NCBI GenBank assembly: GCA_963664405.1
Contig: OY761158.1
Span: 3,456,001-3,520,000 of the forward strand
Direction of reading: 5' to 3'
Source: Thermoanaerobaculia bacterium
GTDB lineage: Bacteria > Acidobacteriota > Thermoanaerobaculia > Multivoradales > Multivoraceae
DNA length: 64,000 nucleotides
A program made the translations under genes and the position numbers. Under the pieces are notes generated by a model. That model was not told where the DNA came from, did no database searches, and saw nothing but the letters and a program-made list of their open reading frames with translations. Shown piece after piece: positions 19,403 through 28,981 of this stretch (positions are counted from its first letter, which is position 1; every line of letters starts with the position of its first letter).

Positions 19403-19493
19403 CAGGGCATTGGAAAGGAAGTTCCCTGGTTTTGGCCTGGACTGATGATCCGGGTCCGTTGCGCGGGGCCATGCCCTAACTGAGCTTGGCATC

Positions 19494-21272
19494 ATGGCGC
19501 TGGGTAACGTAAACCTGACACCCCAGCTGATCCAGGCTGTCCGTGACAGTGTGGATATCCTCGATGTCGCCGCGCCGGTCACTCGACTCGAGAAGAAGGG
19601 AAACAGGCATGTTGGCCTGTGTCCCTTCCACAAGGAAAAGACCCCTTCCTTCAGCGTTGACCCTGAGCGAGGTCTCTATTACTGCTTTGGCTGCGGTGCG
19701 GGTGGGGATGCGATCAAGCTGCATATGGCTTCGAGTGGCGACGACTTCCCTGCCGCGATCGAAGCCTTGGCGCGGAGCCAAGGCATTCCCTTACCGGCGG
19801 TGGGAGGGCGCTCGGGCCAACCTGAGCGAGATCTGGAGGGAGTGCTGGCTGCCGCTGCTGAGCTCTTCCAAGAGCAGCTGGAGAAGGTACCGAAGGCCCG
19901 TGACTATCTTGCCGGCAGACGCATTCCCGCGGATGTTCTGAAGGCGTTTGGCGTCGGCTACGCTCCCGACAGCTTCGATTTTCTGGTCACGGCCTTGGGG
20001 AGCCGATTTCCGCGCAGTGATCTTGAGGCTGTCGGACTGATATCGAGTAGAGAGAGGGATGGCGGTAGGCATGCATGGGATCGCTTTCGCGATCGCCTCA
20101 TGTTCCCGATTCATAACGCGTCCGGGCGCTTGGTTGGTTTTGGCGGGCGCACCCTGGGAGATGACAAAGCCAAGTACATAAACACTCCTGAGACTGCACG
20201 CTTTCAGAAGCGGCATCTCCTCTACGGCCTCGACCAATCCCGTAAATCGGTGCGCGAGAAGAGCTCGATCCTTCTGGTGGAAGGGTACTTCGACGTGCTG
20301 GCAGCTGTTGCCAGTGGGGTCTCCTGGGTCGCCGCCACGATGGGGACGGCGCTTTCGGCCGAGCAGGCTCGATTGTGCTCGAGGTATGCCGAAGAGGTTG
20401 TCTTGGGCTACGACGGGGATGAGGCGGGCCAGCAGGCGGGTCGCCGTGCTTTGCCAACTCTTCTCGCGCAGGGGCTGGGAGTGAGAAGGGTCCGGTTGGA
20501 GGCAGGAACGGATCCCGACTCTTTTCGACTCGCCGAGGGTGAGGAAGCCCTGCGAGCGCGCGTCGAGGAGGCTCGCGACCTCGTGGAGGAGGAGCTTGAT
20601 GGCATTCTCTCGCACCGTGGGGAAGCGGACCCGCGATCCCGTGCGCAGGGGGCCCGGCAGGTCCGAGAGCTTCTGAGCCCGGTTCGTGACCCAATCCTGC
20701 GTTTCGCCTATGGCCGGCAGGCGGCGGATCGCCTGGGCATACCCGCCGACCTGCTGTGGAAGGGGGACGGAAAGAGCCGGCAGTCGAGGCACGCGGAAGT
20801 AGAAGAGGCGCCAATGCCCCAGCGGCGGGACGTGATGAGTCTCGAAGAGCGGACGCTTCAGCTACTCTTGCGCGGCGAGGTCGTGGTGCCGGCACTGGAG
20901 GAGTTACCGCCGCCCGAGATCTTCCTCAATACCGCGTGCGGGAATATTTATCGTCAGTTTCTCGCTATGTATGTAGCGGGCGAGAGCCCTCCGGCGGGGA
21001 GGAGCGTACTGGTAGCGCTGCCTGCAGAGGGCGAAGCCCTTGACCTAATGGCCAGAATTCTGCTAGAAACGGCCTCTTATTCGGGGAGACCCGAAGAGCT
21101 TGAGGAGTTCTTGCGTCAATTGAACAGGCGGTGGCAGCAGAGCCGGCTCAAGAAGCTGGCTCTCGACATCCGCGAAGCCCAACGACGCGGAGAGTCGGCT
21201 CAGCTCGACGTCTTGATCGAAGAGAAGAGTGCTCTGACAAGGAGCCTGCACGAGATCGGGTCCGGCACCTAG
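19494..21272 (+). CDS. dnaG: DNA primase
   Basis: CPFHKEKTPSF...CFGC zinc finger; KYINTPET, EGYFD and YDGDEAG TOPRIM motifs. Confidence 0.97.
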   Translation: MALGNVNLTPQLIQAVRDSVDILDVAAPVTRLEKKGNRHVGLCPFHKEKTPSFSVDPERGLYYCFGCGAGGDAIKLHMASSGDDFPAAIEALARSQGIPLPAVGGRSGQPERDLEGVLAAAAELFQEQLEKVPKARDYLAGRRIPADVLKAFGVGYAPDSFDFLVTALGSRFPRSDLEAVGLISSRERDGGRHAWDRFRDRLMFPIHNASGRLVGFGGRTLGDDKAKYINTPETARFQKRHLLYGLDQSRKSVREKSSILLVEGYFDVLAAVASGVSWVAATMGTALSAEQARLCSRYAEEVVLGYDGDEAGQQAGRRALPTLLAQGLGVRRVRLEAGTDPDSFRLAEGEEALRARVEEARDLVEEELDGILSHRGEADPRSRAQGARQVRELLSPVRDPILRFAYGRQAADRLGIPADLLWKGDGKSRQSRHAEVEEAPMPQRRDVMSLEERTLQLLLRGEVVVPALEELPPPEIFLNTACGNIYRQFLAMYVAGESPPAGRSVLVALPAEGEALDLMARILLETASYSGRPEELEEFLRQLNRRWQQSRLKKLALDIREAQRRGESAQLDVLIEEKSALTRSLHEIGSGT

Positions 21273-21311
21273 GCCCGAAGACCGAACCATTCATCAAGTC
21301 AGGAGAGCGTT

Positions 21312-23012
21312 TTGGCCATCGGAGGTATTGCACGGATAGAGACCCGTCACAGCTCGGTGAAGCAGCTTCTCGAGCTGGGCAGGGAAAAAGGATACGTCCT
21401 CTACGACGAGATTCACGACGTCCTTCCCGATGAAGTGACGGCGATTCAAGAGGAACTTGACCAGGTCTTTGCGACCCTCGAGCAGGGCGGGATACCGGTT
21501 ATTCAGCGCCCGGAGCGCTTCATTAACCGGGAAGAGGACGACTCTACGACCCGCGAGTTCGACAAGAAGGACGGCATACCCGCGGATTTCCAGCTTCGGG
21601 ACCATGAAAAGACCGGTGATCCCGTGCGCATGTACTTGCGCGAAATGGGAACCGTGCCGCTGCTCGATCGCGAAGGCGAGGTTGAGATTGCTCGGCGAAT
21701 CGAGCAGGGCGAGTGGCTCGTCTACGAGTCACTGTGTGACAACCCTGTCGTCCTGCGAGAGCTCCTGCGACTTCACGAGCTTTCGCAGAAGGGCAAGATC
21801 ACCCTGGAAGAGGCTGGAGATGCCGACGACGAGCTTCGCGAAGAAGTAAAGAAACGGATCGATCGCAATCTGAAGATCTTCAAGCGTATTCGCGATTACG
21901 ACGAGAAAGTCGAACAGCTTCATCGACGTCGTAAGAAGCAGGCTGCCAAGGAGGAGGTCTGCCTCGAGATCGACCGCGAGGTGGATCGACTCACGGCGAG
22001 GATCTCCGAGGAGATTCGCAAGATCGATTTCACCCTCCAGACCCGCAACCGGTTGGTGGACTGGCTCAAGCGGATTGATCGGGAGTTCTCTCATATTGGA
22101 GCCGATATCCGCCGAGCGCAGACCGCTCTCAAGCAAGAGTCGAACAAAGAGATTCAAACCCTCCATCGGCGCCGTATCGCCAAGTATCGAAAGAGGCACC
22201 GAGAGCTGGAGCAGCGTTACGGCAGCACTCGCGCCTCGCTGGAGAAGACGCTGACCAAGATCCGCCGCGGCGAGGCTCTAAGCGAGCAGGCCCGCGAGGA
22301 GCTGATCGTCGCGAATCTGCGCTTGGTGGTGTCGATCGCGAAGAAATACACCAATCGAGGCTTGCAATTTCTCGACCTGATCCAGGAAGGGAACATCGGC
22401 CTGATGAAGGCCGTCGAGAAGTTCGAATACAGGCGGGGCTATAAGTTCTCCACCTACGCGACCTGGTGGATTCGTCAGGCGATAACGCGAGCCATTGCCG
22501 ATCAGGCGCGGACGATCCGCATTCCCGTGCACATGATCGAGACCATCAACAAGCTAACGCGAACGAGCCGTTCATTGGTGCAGGAGCTGGGTCGCGAGCC
22601 GACCGCGAAGGAGATCGGGCTTCGGATGGACCTTTCCGCCGACAAGGTGCGCAAGATCATGAAGATCGCACAAGAGCCGATCTCTCTCGAGACTCCTATC
22701 GGAGAGGAAGAGGATTCCCATCTTGGTGATTTCATCGAAGACAAAAACGCGGTCTCCCCGGTGGAGTCGGTGATCTCGACCAATTTGAAGGAGCAGACCG
22801 GAGTGGTTCTCAATAGCCTCTCGCCACGAGAGGAGTTGGTACTTCGGATGCGCTTTGGCGTCGGTGAGGGCTCAGAGCACACACTGGAAGAGGTCGGGCG
22901 CTCTTTCAACGTGACTCGTGAGCGGATCCGACAGATCGAGTCAAAGGCACTCAGGAAGTTGCGCCATCCCAGCCGGGCCGGCAAGCTGAAGCCGTTCTTG
23001 GACTCCGCTTGA
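21312..23012 (+). CDS. rpoD: Primary RNA polymerase sigma factor
   Basis: [34 protein letters not shown] and TRERIRQIE motifs. Confidence 0.97.
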   Translation: MAIGGIARIETRHSSVKQLLELGREKGYVLYDEIHDVLPDEVTAIQEELDQVFATLEQGGIPVIQRPERFINREEDDSTTREFDKKDGIPADFQLRDHEKTGDPVRMYLREMGTVPLLDREGEVEIARRIEQGEWLVYESLCDNPVVLRELLRLHELSQKGKITLEEAGDADDELREEVKKRIDRNLKIFKRIRDYDEKVEQLHRRRKKQAAKEEVCLEIDREVDRLTARISEEIRKIDFTLQTRNRLVDWLKRIDREFSHIGADIRRAQTALKQESNKEIQTLHRRRIAKYRKRHRELEQRYGSTRASLEKTLTKIRRGEALSEQAREELIVANLRLVVSIAKKYTNRGLQFLDLIQEGNIGLMKAVEKFEYRRGYKFSTYATWWIRQAITRAIADQARTIRIPVHMIETINKLTRTSRSLVQELGREPTAKEIGLRMDLSADKVRKIMKIAQEPISLETPIGEEEDSHLGDFIEDKNAVSPVESVISTNLKEQTGVVLNSLSPREELVLRMRFGVGEGSEHTLEEVGRSFNVTRERIRQIESKALRKLRHPSRAGKLKPFLDSA

Positions 23013-23117
23013 TAAGCAGCATACGAAGGTCGAGACAGGTCTGATCTAGACTCGAGGCAGAGGCCGAGTTGTGATTCTTATTAATAGAGCGAGGATGTTG
23101 GGAGGATAGAGAGAGTC

Positions 23118-23630
23118 ATGGCAAAAAGCAGGGCTAACAAGGTCGAGACCACTGGGGTCGACAAAGATCTGATCGAGAAGTACGAGAAGGGCCTCCAGCA
23201 GGTGCACAAGGGCCAATGGTCCTCTGCCGAGAAGACCTTCTCCCAGGTGCTTGCATCCGACGGCGAGTCTTCGCTTGCGCAGCGGGCCCGGTGCTATCGC
23301 GGGATCTGTCAAGAGAAGCAGTCAGGTAGCGACGAAACGGATCAGGCTGATGCCTATCTGGTCGCGGTGATGGCAAAGAATAGTGGGGATCTCGACGCCT
23401 CGATGAGTCGATGTGATCGAGGCGGGCTCAAAGGCCGTGATCCTCGCTATGCTTATTTGGCGGCGACCGTAGAGGCCTTGCGGGGCAATCACGACGAAGC
23501 GGCCAAGCTCCTCGCCAAGGCGATCGAGCTGGAGCCGACCAGCCAGGTTCACGCTTTCTGGGATCCGGACTTCGAAGAGCTTCGTGTAGATCCGGAGCAC
23601 TCGGCTCTGTTCGAGACGCCGTCGTCATAA
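23118..23630 (+). CDS. TPR-like protein
   Basis: TPR-like helices ending in LAKAIELEP...DPDF. Confidence 0.65.
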   Translation: MAKSRANKVETTGVDKDLIEKYEKGLQQVHKGQWSSAEKTFSQVLASDGESSLAQRARCYRGICQEKQSGSDETDQADAYLVAVMAKNSGDLDASMSRCDRGGLKGRDPRYAYLAATVEALRGNHDEAAKLLAKAIELEPTSQVHAFWDPDFEELRVDPEHSALFETPSS

Positions 23631-23647
23631 CCGCTAGTTGCGCACCC

Positions 23648-24391
23648 GTGGACAGATCGAGGGTCGCGGTTGTACTGGCGGCCGGCAAGGGGACGCGGAT
23701 GCGCTCCCCGACGCCGAAGGTTCTTCACCTTGCCGCCGGTAGGCCGCTACTTCACTGGGTCCTGGATATGGCTCGGGAGATCCCCTGCGAGCGCGTGGTA
23801 GTCGTTGTCGGCTATGGCGCGGAGGAGGTGAGGCGGCAGACCGAGGGTGTCGGCATCGAGTGGGTCGTTCAGAGACAGCAGCTCGGTACCGGAGACGCGC
23901 TCACCCAAGCAGAGGGCGTGATCCCCGAGGATGCTCTGGTCCTGGTATTGTCCGGGGACGCTCCGTTGCTCCGTTTGAGCACTGCTCGCGGGCTCTTCGC
24001 CGCTGCCGGTCGCGGTTGGGGGGCGATGGCGGTTGCCGAGCTTGATGACCCGGGGCAGCTTGGCCGTGTCGTCACGACACCCGATGGGTTGTTGCTAAGG
24101 TCGGTGGAGGCGGCAGACGCGTCTCCGGAAGAGCTCAAGAACACTCTCGTCAACGCCGGCGCTTATGCCCTTCCAGCCAACGAGATCTTCGGCTATCTTC
24201 ACCGCTTGAGCGCGGAAAATGCTCAGGGCGAGATCTATCTCCCCGATGCACTCAACCTGGCCGCGGCGGAGGGTCGCAGGGTCTTCTGCCTCCCAGTCTC
24301 CGACACCAGCGAGGCTTGGGGTGTGAATACTCCCGATGACCTCGCTAGGGTCGACGACCGTCTTTCGGCTCGCGAGGGCGATCCCGAGTGA
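23648..24391 (+). CDS. GlmU-like nucleotidyltransferase, N-terminal domain only
   Basis: LAAGKGTRM, PKVLH, QQLGTG, NAQGEIYL and GVNT motifs; ends at 247 aa with no hexapeptide domain. Confidence 0.85.
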   Translation: MDRSRVAVVLAAGKGTRMRSPTPKVLHLAAGRPLLHWVLDMAREIPCERVVVVVGYGAEEVRRQTEGVGIEWVVQRQQLGTGDALTQAEGVIPEDALVLVLSGDAPLLRLSTARGLFAAAGRGWGAMAVAELDDPGQLGRVVTTPDGLLLRSVEAADASPEELKNTLVNAGAYALPANEIFGYLHRLSAENAQGEIYLPDALNLAAAEGRRVFCLPVSDTSEAWGVNTPDDLARVDDRLSAREGDPE

Positions 24392-26559
24392 GCGCGTTGG
24401 ATCTCGAAGGGCGGTTGAATGAGGCGCAGCTTGCCGCCGTGACCCACGGTGAGGGGCCGCAGCTGGTTTTGGCGGGAGCAGGCTCCGGCAAGACCAGGGT
24501 CATTACCCATCGGATCGGATGGCTGATCGAGGAGATGGGTGTCGACCCCCGCGCCATCACGGCGATGACCTTTACCAATAAGGCTGCTCGTGAGATGGAG
24601 TCTCGGGTCGAGACCCTCCTTCGCACGGATCGCCTAGAAAGCTCCGTCGGAACCTTCCATCGCTTCGGTCTGAAGTTGCTCAGGCGCTTCGGCGAGCGGA
24701 TCGAGTTGAAGCGCGGGTTCACGGTCTTTGACGATACCGATCAGATCGCGCTGGTGAAGCGCTCCCTCAAAGACGAGGGCCTCGACGAGGGCTCTTTCCC
24801 GCCGAGAACGATGCTCTCGCGAATCAGCGATGCCAAGTCGCGACTGCTCACCCCCGCCGCCCATGCAGCGGGCGCCGAGACTTTCTTCGAAAAGCGCCTT
24901 GCGCAAGTCTTTCGTCGATACGAGCATCTTCTGCAGCGATCGTCGGCGGTCGACTTCGACGACCTCATTGGTTTGCCGGTTCGTCTGCTCGTCGAGGATG
25001 CGGAGATCGGACGGCGCATTCGTGGCGGTCTCCGCCATCTTCTCGTGGACGAGTTCCAGGATACGAATCATGCCCAACTGCGCCTCGTTCGAGAGCTCAT
25101 CGGTCCGGGCGGGAACATCACTGCGGTTGGCGATGAGGACCAGGGGATCTATCGCTGGCGGGGGGCGGATCTGGCTAATGTTCTGGAATTCGAGAAAAGC
25201 TTCCCAGACGCGGTGGTGCGCAAGCTCGAGCAGAACTACCGATCGACTCAGACCATTCTCGACGCCTCCGGAGGTCTGATCGCGCACAATGAGGGACGTC
25301 GCGGTAAGCGCCTGTGGACCGATAGAGGCGCAGGAGACCCGTTAGAGCTGTTCCGGGCTAGGGACGAGATCGACGAGGCGCGTTGGGTGGTTCGTACGGC
25401 CAGGCAGCTCGAAGCCGAGGGCGCCAGATGGAGCGAGATTGGCGTGCTTGTGCGCACCAATGCGCAGACACGAGCGCTCGAAGAGGAGCTCCTGCGTACC
25501 GAGACCCCTTACACCTTGGTCGGAGGAACTCGCTTTTACCAGCGGGCCGAGATCCGCGATCTGGTTGCCTATCTGCGCGCGATCGGTGATCCGCGCGATC
25601 AGATCTCGATGGAGCGCATTCTGAATCAACCTCCGCGCGGCATCGGACGCAAGACCCAGCGGCTTGTCGCCACCGAGTGCGAGCGCCAAGGGCTGACGCT
25701 ATGGGATTTCTTGGTGGTCGATCAGTTCGAGAGTCTTCCTGAACGCAGCGCGAAGGCCTTGCGCAGGTTCCGGGACTTGTTGCAGGCCCTGCAGGGGGAT
25801 CTCGACCAATTGCCGCTGGTCGCCTTCCTCGATCAGCTCCTGGAGCGTACGGGCTATCTAGGCCTCTTCGCTGGCGATGATGAGGACTCGAGGGGGCGGC
25901 GCGAAAATGTCGGCGAGTTCCTCTCCGCGGCACAGGGTTTCGGTGGTGAGAGCGAGTCTGGTCGCGTTTCTCTTACGGAGCTTCTCGACCACATCGCCCT
26001 GGTCTCGGATCTGGATGGTTGGAAGGTGGAGCGTGGGGTCTCGTTGATGACGCTGCACAGCGCCAAGGGCCTCGAGTTTCCGCTGGTCTTCGTCGGCGGC
26101 CTCGAGGAAGGAGTGATCCCTCACTACAACGCCAAGGAGCCCGCCGACATCGAGGAGGAACGCCGTCTCCTCTACGTCGGAATGACTCGTGCGGAGAGGC
26201 GCCTTTTTCTCTCGTCTTGCCTTCGCCGCCGAGTCGCCGGTCGCTTTCAGGACCAAAGGCCTTCGCCCTTTCTTGATGAGATTCCGTCTTCTCTCGTCAT
26301 CGTCCACGACAGTCCATCCCTCTTCGAGGGCGAAAGAACCCGTGGCGCCGCGACCTTCTTCGGTCGCCAGCAGGCCCCCTCTGAGCCGGAGTCAGGCAAG
26401 CTCGCCAAAGGCAGCCGAGTCCGTCACCCCAAGCTCGGCGACGGCGTAGTCCTCAGTGTCGAAGGCTACGGCGACGGCGCCAAGCTCACGGTCTTCTTCG
26501 CCAGCGCCGGCAAGCGAAAGCTCGTCGCCAAGTTCGCCAACCTCGAATCCATCAGCTAG
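24388..26559 (+). CDS. uvrD: UvrD/PcrA ATP-dependent DNA helicase
   Basis: AGAGSGKT, TFTNKAA, DEFQD, QNYRS, HSAKGLEF and EERRLLYV motifs; C-terminal Tudor-like domain. Confidence 0.95.
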   Translation: MSALDLEGRLNEAQLAAVTHGEGPQLVLAGAGSGKTRVITHRIGWLIEEMGVDPRAITAMTFTNKAAREMESRVETLLRTDRLESSVGTFHRFGLKLLRRFGERIELKRGFTVFDDTDQIALVKRSLKDEGLDEGSFPPRTMLSRISDAKSRLLTPAAHAAGAETFFEKRLAQVFRRYEHLLQRSSAVDFDDLIGLPVRLLVEDAEIGRRIRGGLRHLLVDEFQDTNHAQLRLVRELIGPGGNITAVGDEDQGIYRWRGADLANVLEFEKSFPDAVVRKLEQNYRSTQTILDASGGLIAHNEGRRGKRLWTDRGAGDPLELFRARDEIDEARWVVRTARQLEAEGARWSEIGVLVRTNAQTRALEEELLRTETPYTLVGGTRFYQRAEIRDLVAYLRAIGDPRDQISMERILNQPPRGIGRKTQRLVATECERQGLTLWDFLVVDQFESLPERSAKALRRFRDLLQALQGDLDQLPLVAFLDQLLERTGYLGLFAGDDEDSRGRRENVGEFLSAAQGFGGESESGRVSLTELLDHIALVSDLDGWKVERGVSLMTLHSAKGLEFPLVFVGGLEEGVIPHYNAKEPADIEEERRLLYVGMTRAERRLFLSSCLRRRVAGRFQDQRPSPFLDEIPSSLVIVHDSPSLFEGERTRGAATFFGRQQAPSEPESGKLAKGSRVRHPKLGDGVVLSVEGYGDGAKLTVFFASAGKRKLVAKFANLESIS

Positions 26560-26646
26560 CCCCGGAAAACGGGCCTGCGGCCCGTTCTCCGGCCCATCCC
26601 CCCCTAAGAACTACTCGCCTGTCCGAATTCTCGGACACGCTCCTAG
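26556..26646. repeat. 91-bp CTAG-bounded structured element, copy 1 (MITE/REP-like)
   Basis: Reverse complement of 43244-43334 with no differences seen by eye; CTAG at both ends; internal hairpins. Confidence 0.9.
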
Positions 26647-26850
26647 GCAAGGCTCTTCGCGGGCTGGGGGGGGCCGGCCCCAAAGATCCCCCGCCGCAGA
26701 CACCCTGAAGCCGCCTCCGTGTTTCGACTAGCAGACACGGTTGGTGCCGGACGAGGCCGCCGCCGAGCGGGGGACAGGCTGGTGGGGACAGAAAGCCGGT
26801 CCCAACGCCCACCCGCGGCCGGGCCCCGGCGACAACGATCGCCGGAGAGG

Positions 26851-27402
26851 CTACTCCGCAGGGAGGAATTCGTCTCGGGTGAGGCCGTAGAGGTAGTGAT
26901 CGACTCTGCGGTCGGCGAGGACGAAGTAGCCGCGGAGTTTGCCTTCGCGGGTGAAGCCTGTGCTTTCGAGGACTCGCTGGGAAGCGTGGTTGTCGACCGA
27001 GCAGCGGGCCTCGACCCGGTAGAGGGAGCTGGCAAGGAAGAGCTCGGGCAAGAGGAGGCCGACGGCTCGAGGCATGATGCCGCAGCCTTGAAAGGGCGAC
27101 GACAGGGCGAAGCCGATCTCACAGAGGCCATGCTCCCAGTTGGCTACGACCAGCGTGATCCAGCCGGCCGGTGTTCGTCCGGCCTCGATTACCCACTGAA
27201 ACCGATCGCCTCTCGAGCGGTAGAGGTCGTCTACGTTCTGCGCCGCGAGATCGGCGCGGATGTGGGAGACGGCGACGTCGCGCAGCGGTTGATGCTTGCG
27301 AACGCTCGGCTCGGATCTCCAGGAGCGGAAGAGGGCTGCGTCCGACACCCGCGCTGGCCGAATTCGGACCCGCTCGGGACGAGGATCGGGAGAGGTGACC
27401 AC
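26851..27402 (-). CDS. RimJ/RimL-type GNAT acetyltransferase
   Basis: CEIGF, FQGCG and NHASQRVLESTGFTREG motifs. Confidence 0.88.
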   Translation of the reverse strand: MVTSPDPRPERVRIRPARVSDAALFRSWRSEPSVRKHQPLRDVAVSHIRADLAAQNVDDLYRSRGDRFQWVIEAGRTPAGWITLVVANWEHGLCEIGFALSSPFQGCGIMPRAVGLLLPELFLASSLYRVEARCSVDNHASQRVLESTGFTREGKLRGYFVLADRRVDHYLYGLTRDEFLPAE

Positions 27403-27447
27403 GGGCCTCTAGTTTATCCCTGGCCCGCTGTTTCTGGGGCCGAGCGC

Positions 27448-28977
27448 TCAGGGCCGCGGCTCGAGCTGGAGGCTCCCGCTCGGAGAAAGACCCTCTTGGT
27501 CGAATGCCATGACCGGCACGGATCGCTGCTGCCGGGCGCCGACGGAGAGAAGAAAAACGTAGAAGTAACCGCGGAAGAACAGATAGAGGAAGGGCATCGC
27601 CAACCACATGCCGAGCACCGCCGCAGCACTGGTGCATACCGCGAAGTAGAGCGCGAAGGCCCCTTCGAGGAGAAAGGTAGAGCTAAGCCGCGATCGATAT
27701 CGAAGAGGAGGGGCAAGAGCACCATCCCTTCCCTCGACGCTGTACTTGGGCGTTCTCACGAAAACGCCGCCTTTCTTCAACAATCCCGCGATCACGGCAC
27801 GAGCACTGTTGAGAGATAACCCGATACCGAGTGCTAGAACTGCCGGCATGAGCCGCAGCGGCGACTTTTCACCGGTTGGAGAGAGTCTCTGACTGGCGAA
27901 GAAGAAGACGACCACAGAGGCCGTTGCCGCCAGAAAGAGCGGAAGGTCGATCGCCAACAGTTTCCACTGGCCGGCACCCTGGCGCACTAGCATCGCCGGA
28001 AAGATGAGCAGAGATAACGCCACCATGAGCACCGCACTGAGGTTGTTGGTCAGGTGCAAGGACGCTTCGAGTTTCTTCCACCAGGGCTCCGTCGAGAGCA
28101 GGATCGACCCGAGGAGCTTCCTGCCGGTCTGGATCGAGCCTTTAGCCCAGCGGTACTGCTGGGTCTTTAGCGCGGCGATGTCGACTGGGAGCTCGGCAGG
28201 TACAGCGACTTCCGGCAAGTACACGAAGCGCCAGCCGGCGAGCTGTGCCCGGTAGGAGAGGTCGAGGTCCTCGGTCAATGTGTCGTGCTGCCAACCTCCA
28301 GCCTCGAGGATGGCTCTCTTGCGCCAGATGCCCGCCGTACCGTTGAAGTTGAAGAAGCGACCGCTCACAAATCGCGCGCTGTGCTCGATCAGAAAGTGGC
28401 CATCCAGAAGAATGGCCTGCACTCTGGTCAACAGAGAACGCTTCCGGTTCAAGTGCTCCCACCGCGCCTGCACCATCCCGACTTTCGGATCGCGGAAGGG
28501 TGCGAGCGTCCTGTGCAGGAAGTCCGGGGGCGGCACGAAGTCGGCGTCGAAGACCGCGATCAGGTCGGCTTCCGCGCTCTCGAGACCGGCGGCAAGCGCG
28601 CCGGCCTTGAAGCCCTTGCGCTCGGTCCGATGAAGGTGTCTGACTCGGTAGCCGCGTGCTCGCCACTTCTGTACGGCCGCGTCGACGATTCCGACAGTCT
28701 CGTCATTCGAATCGTCAAGGACCTGAATGTCGAGGAGCTCTTGCGGATAGTTCATCGCACATACGGCGTCGAGCAGTCGGGGAGCCACGTACATCTCGTT
28801 GTAGAGTGGCAACTGAACCGTGACCCGAGGGAGGTCGTCTAGAGCGCTTACCGGCGTCGGAGGGCGCGGGTGGCGAGCCAAGAGCGCCAGGAGCCAGGCG
28901 CGGTGGATGCCGTAGAGAGCCAACACCGTGAGGATGCCGTAGTAGAACGGCAGAATCAGATTCCAGGTTGAAAACAT
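27448..28977 (-). CDS. Processive GT2 glycosyltransferase (cellulose-synthase-like)
   Basis: QLPLYNE, DDS, DAD, TED and QxxRW (QQYRW) motifs; C-terminal membrane segments. Confidence 0.9.
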   Translation of the reverse strand: MFSTWNLILPFYYGILTVLALYGIHRAWLLALLARHPRPPTPVSALDDLPRVTVQLPLYNEMYVAPRLLDAVCAMNYPQELLDIQVLDDSNDETVGIVDAAVQKWRARGYRVRHLHRTERKGFKAGALAAGLESAEADLIAVFDADFVPPPDFLHRTLAPFRDPKVGMVQARWEHLNRKRSLLTRVQAILLDGHFLIEHSARFVSGRFFNFNGTAGIWRKRAILEAGGWQHDTLTEDLDLSYRAQLAGWRFVYLPEVAVPAELPVDIAALKTQQYRWAKGSIQTGRKLLGSILLSTEPWWKKLEASLHLTNNLSAVLMVALSLLIFPAMLVRQGAGQWKLLAIDLPLFLAATASVVVFFFASQRLSPTGEKSPLRLMPAVLALGIGLSLNSARAVIAGLLKKGGVFVRTPKYSVEGRDGALAPPLRYRSRLSSTFLLEGAFALYFAVCTSAAAVLGMWLAMPFLYLFFRGYFYVFLLSVGARQQRSVPVMAFDQEGLSPSGSLQLEPRP

Positions 28978-28981
28978 CGCG

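Noticed and set aside
26647-26850. G/C-run-rich intergenic stretch, and the similar-looking 41472-41622, as repeat elements or ncRNA
   Set aside because: No second copy or clear termini found in the window, and no recognisable RNA family
26719-27819. 366-aa plus-strand ORF, and similar long antisense ORFs at 18297-19238, 19791-20792, 44115-45197 and 53409-54254
   Set aside because: Each lies opposite a well-supported gene and has no motifs of its own
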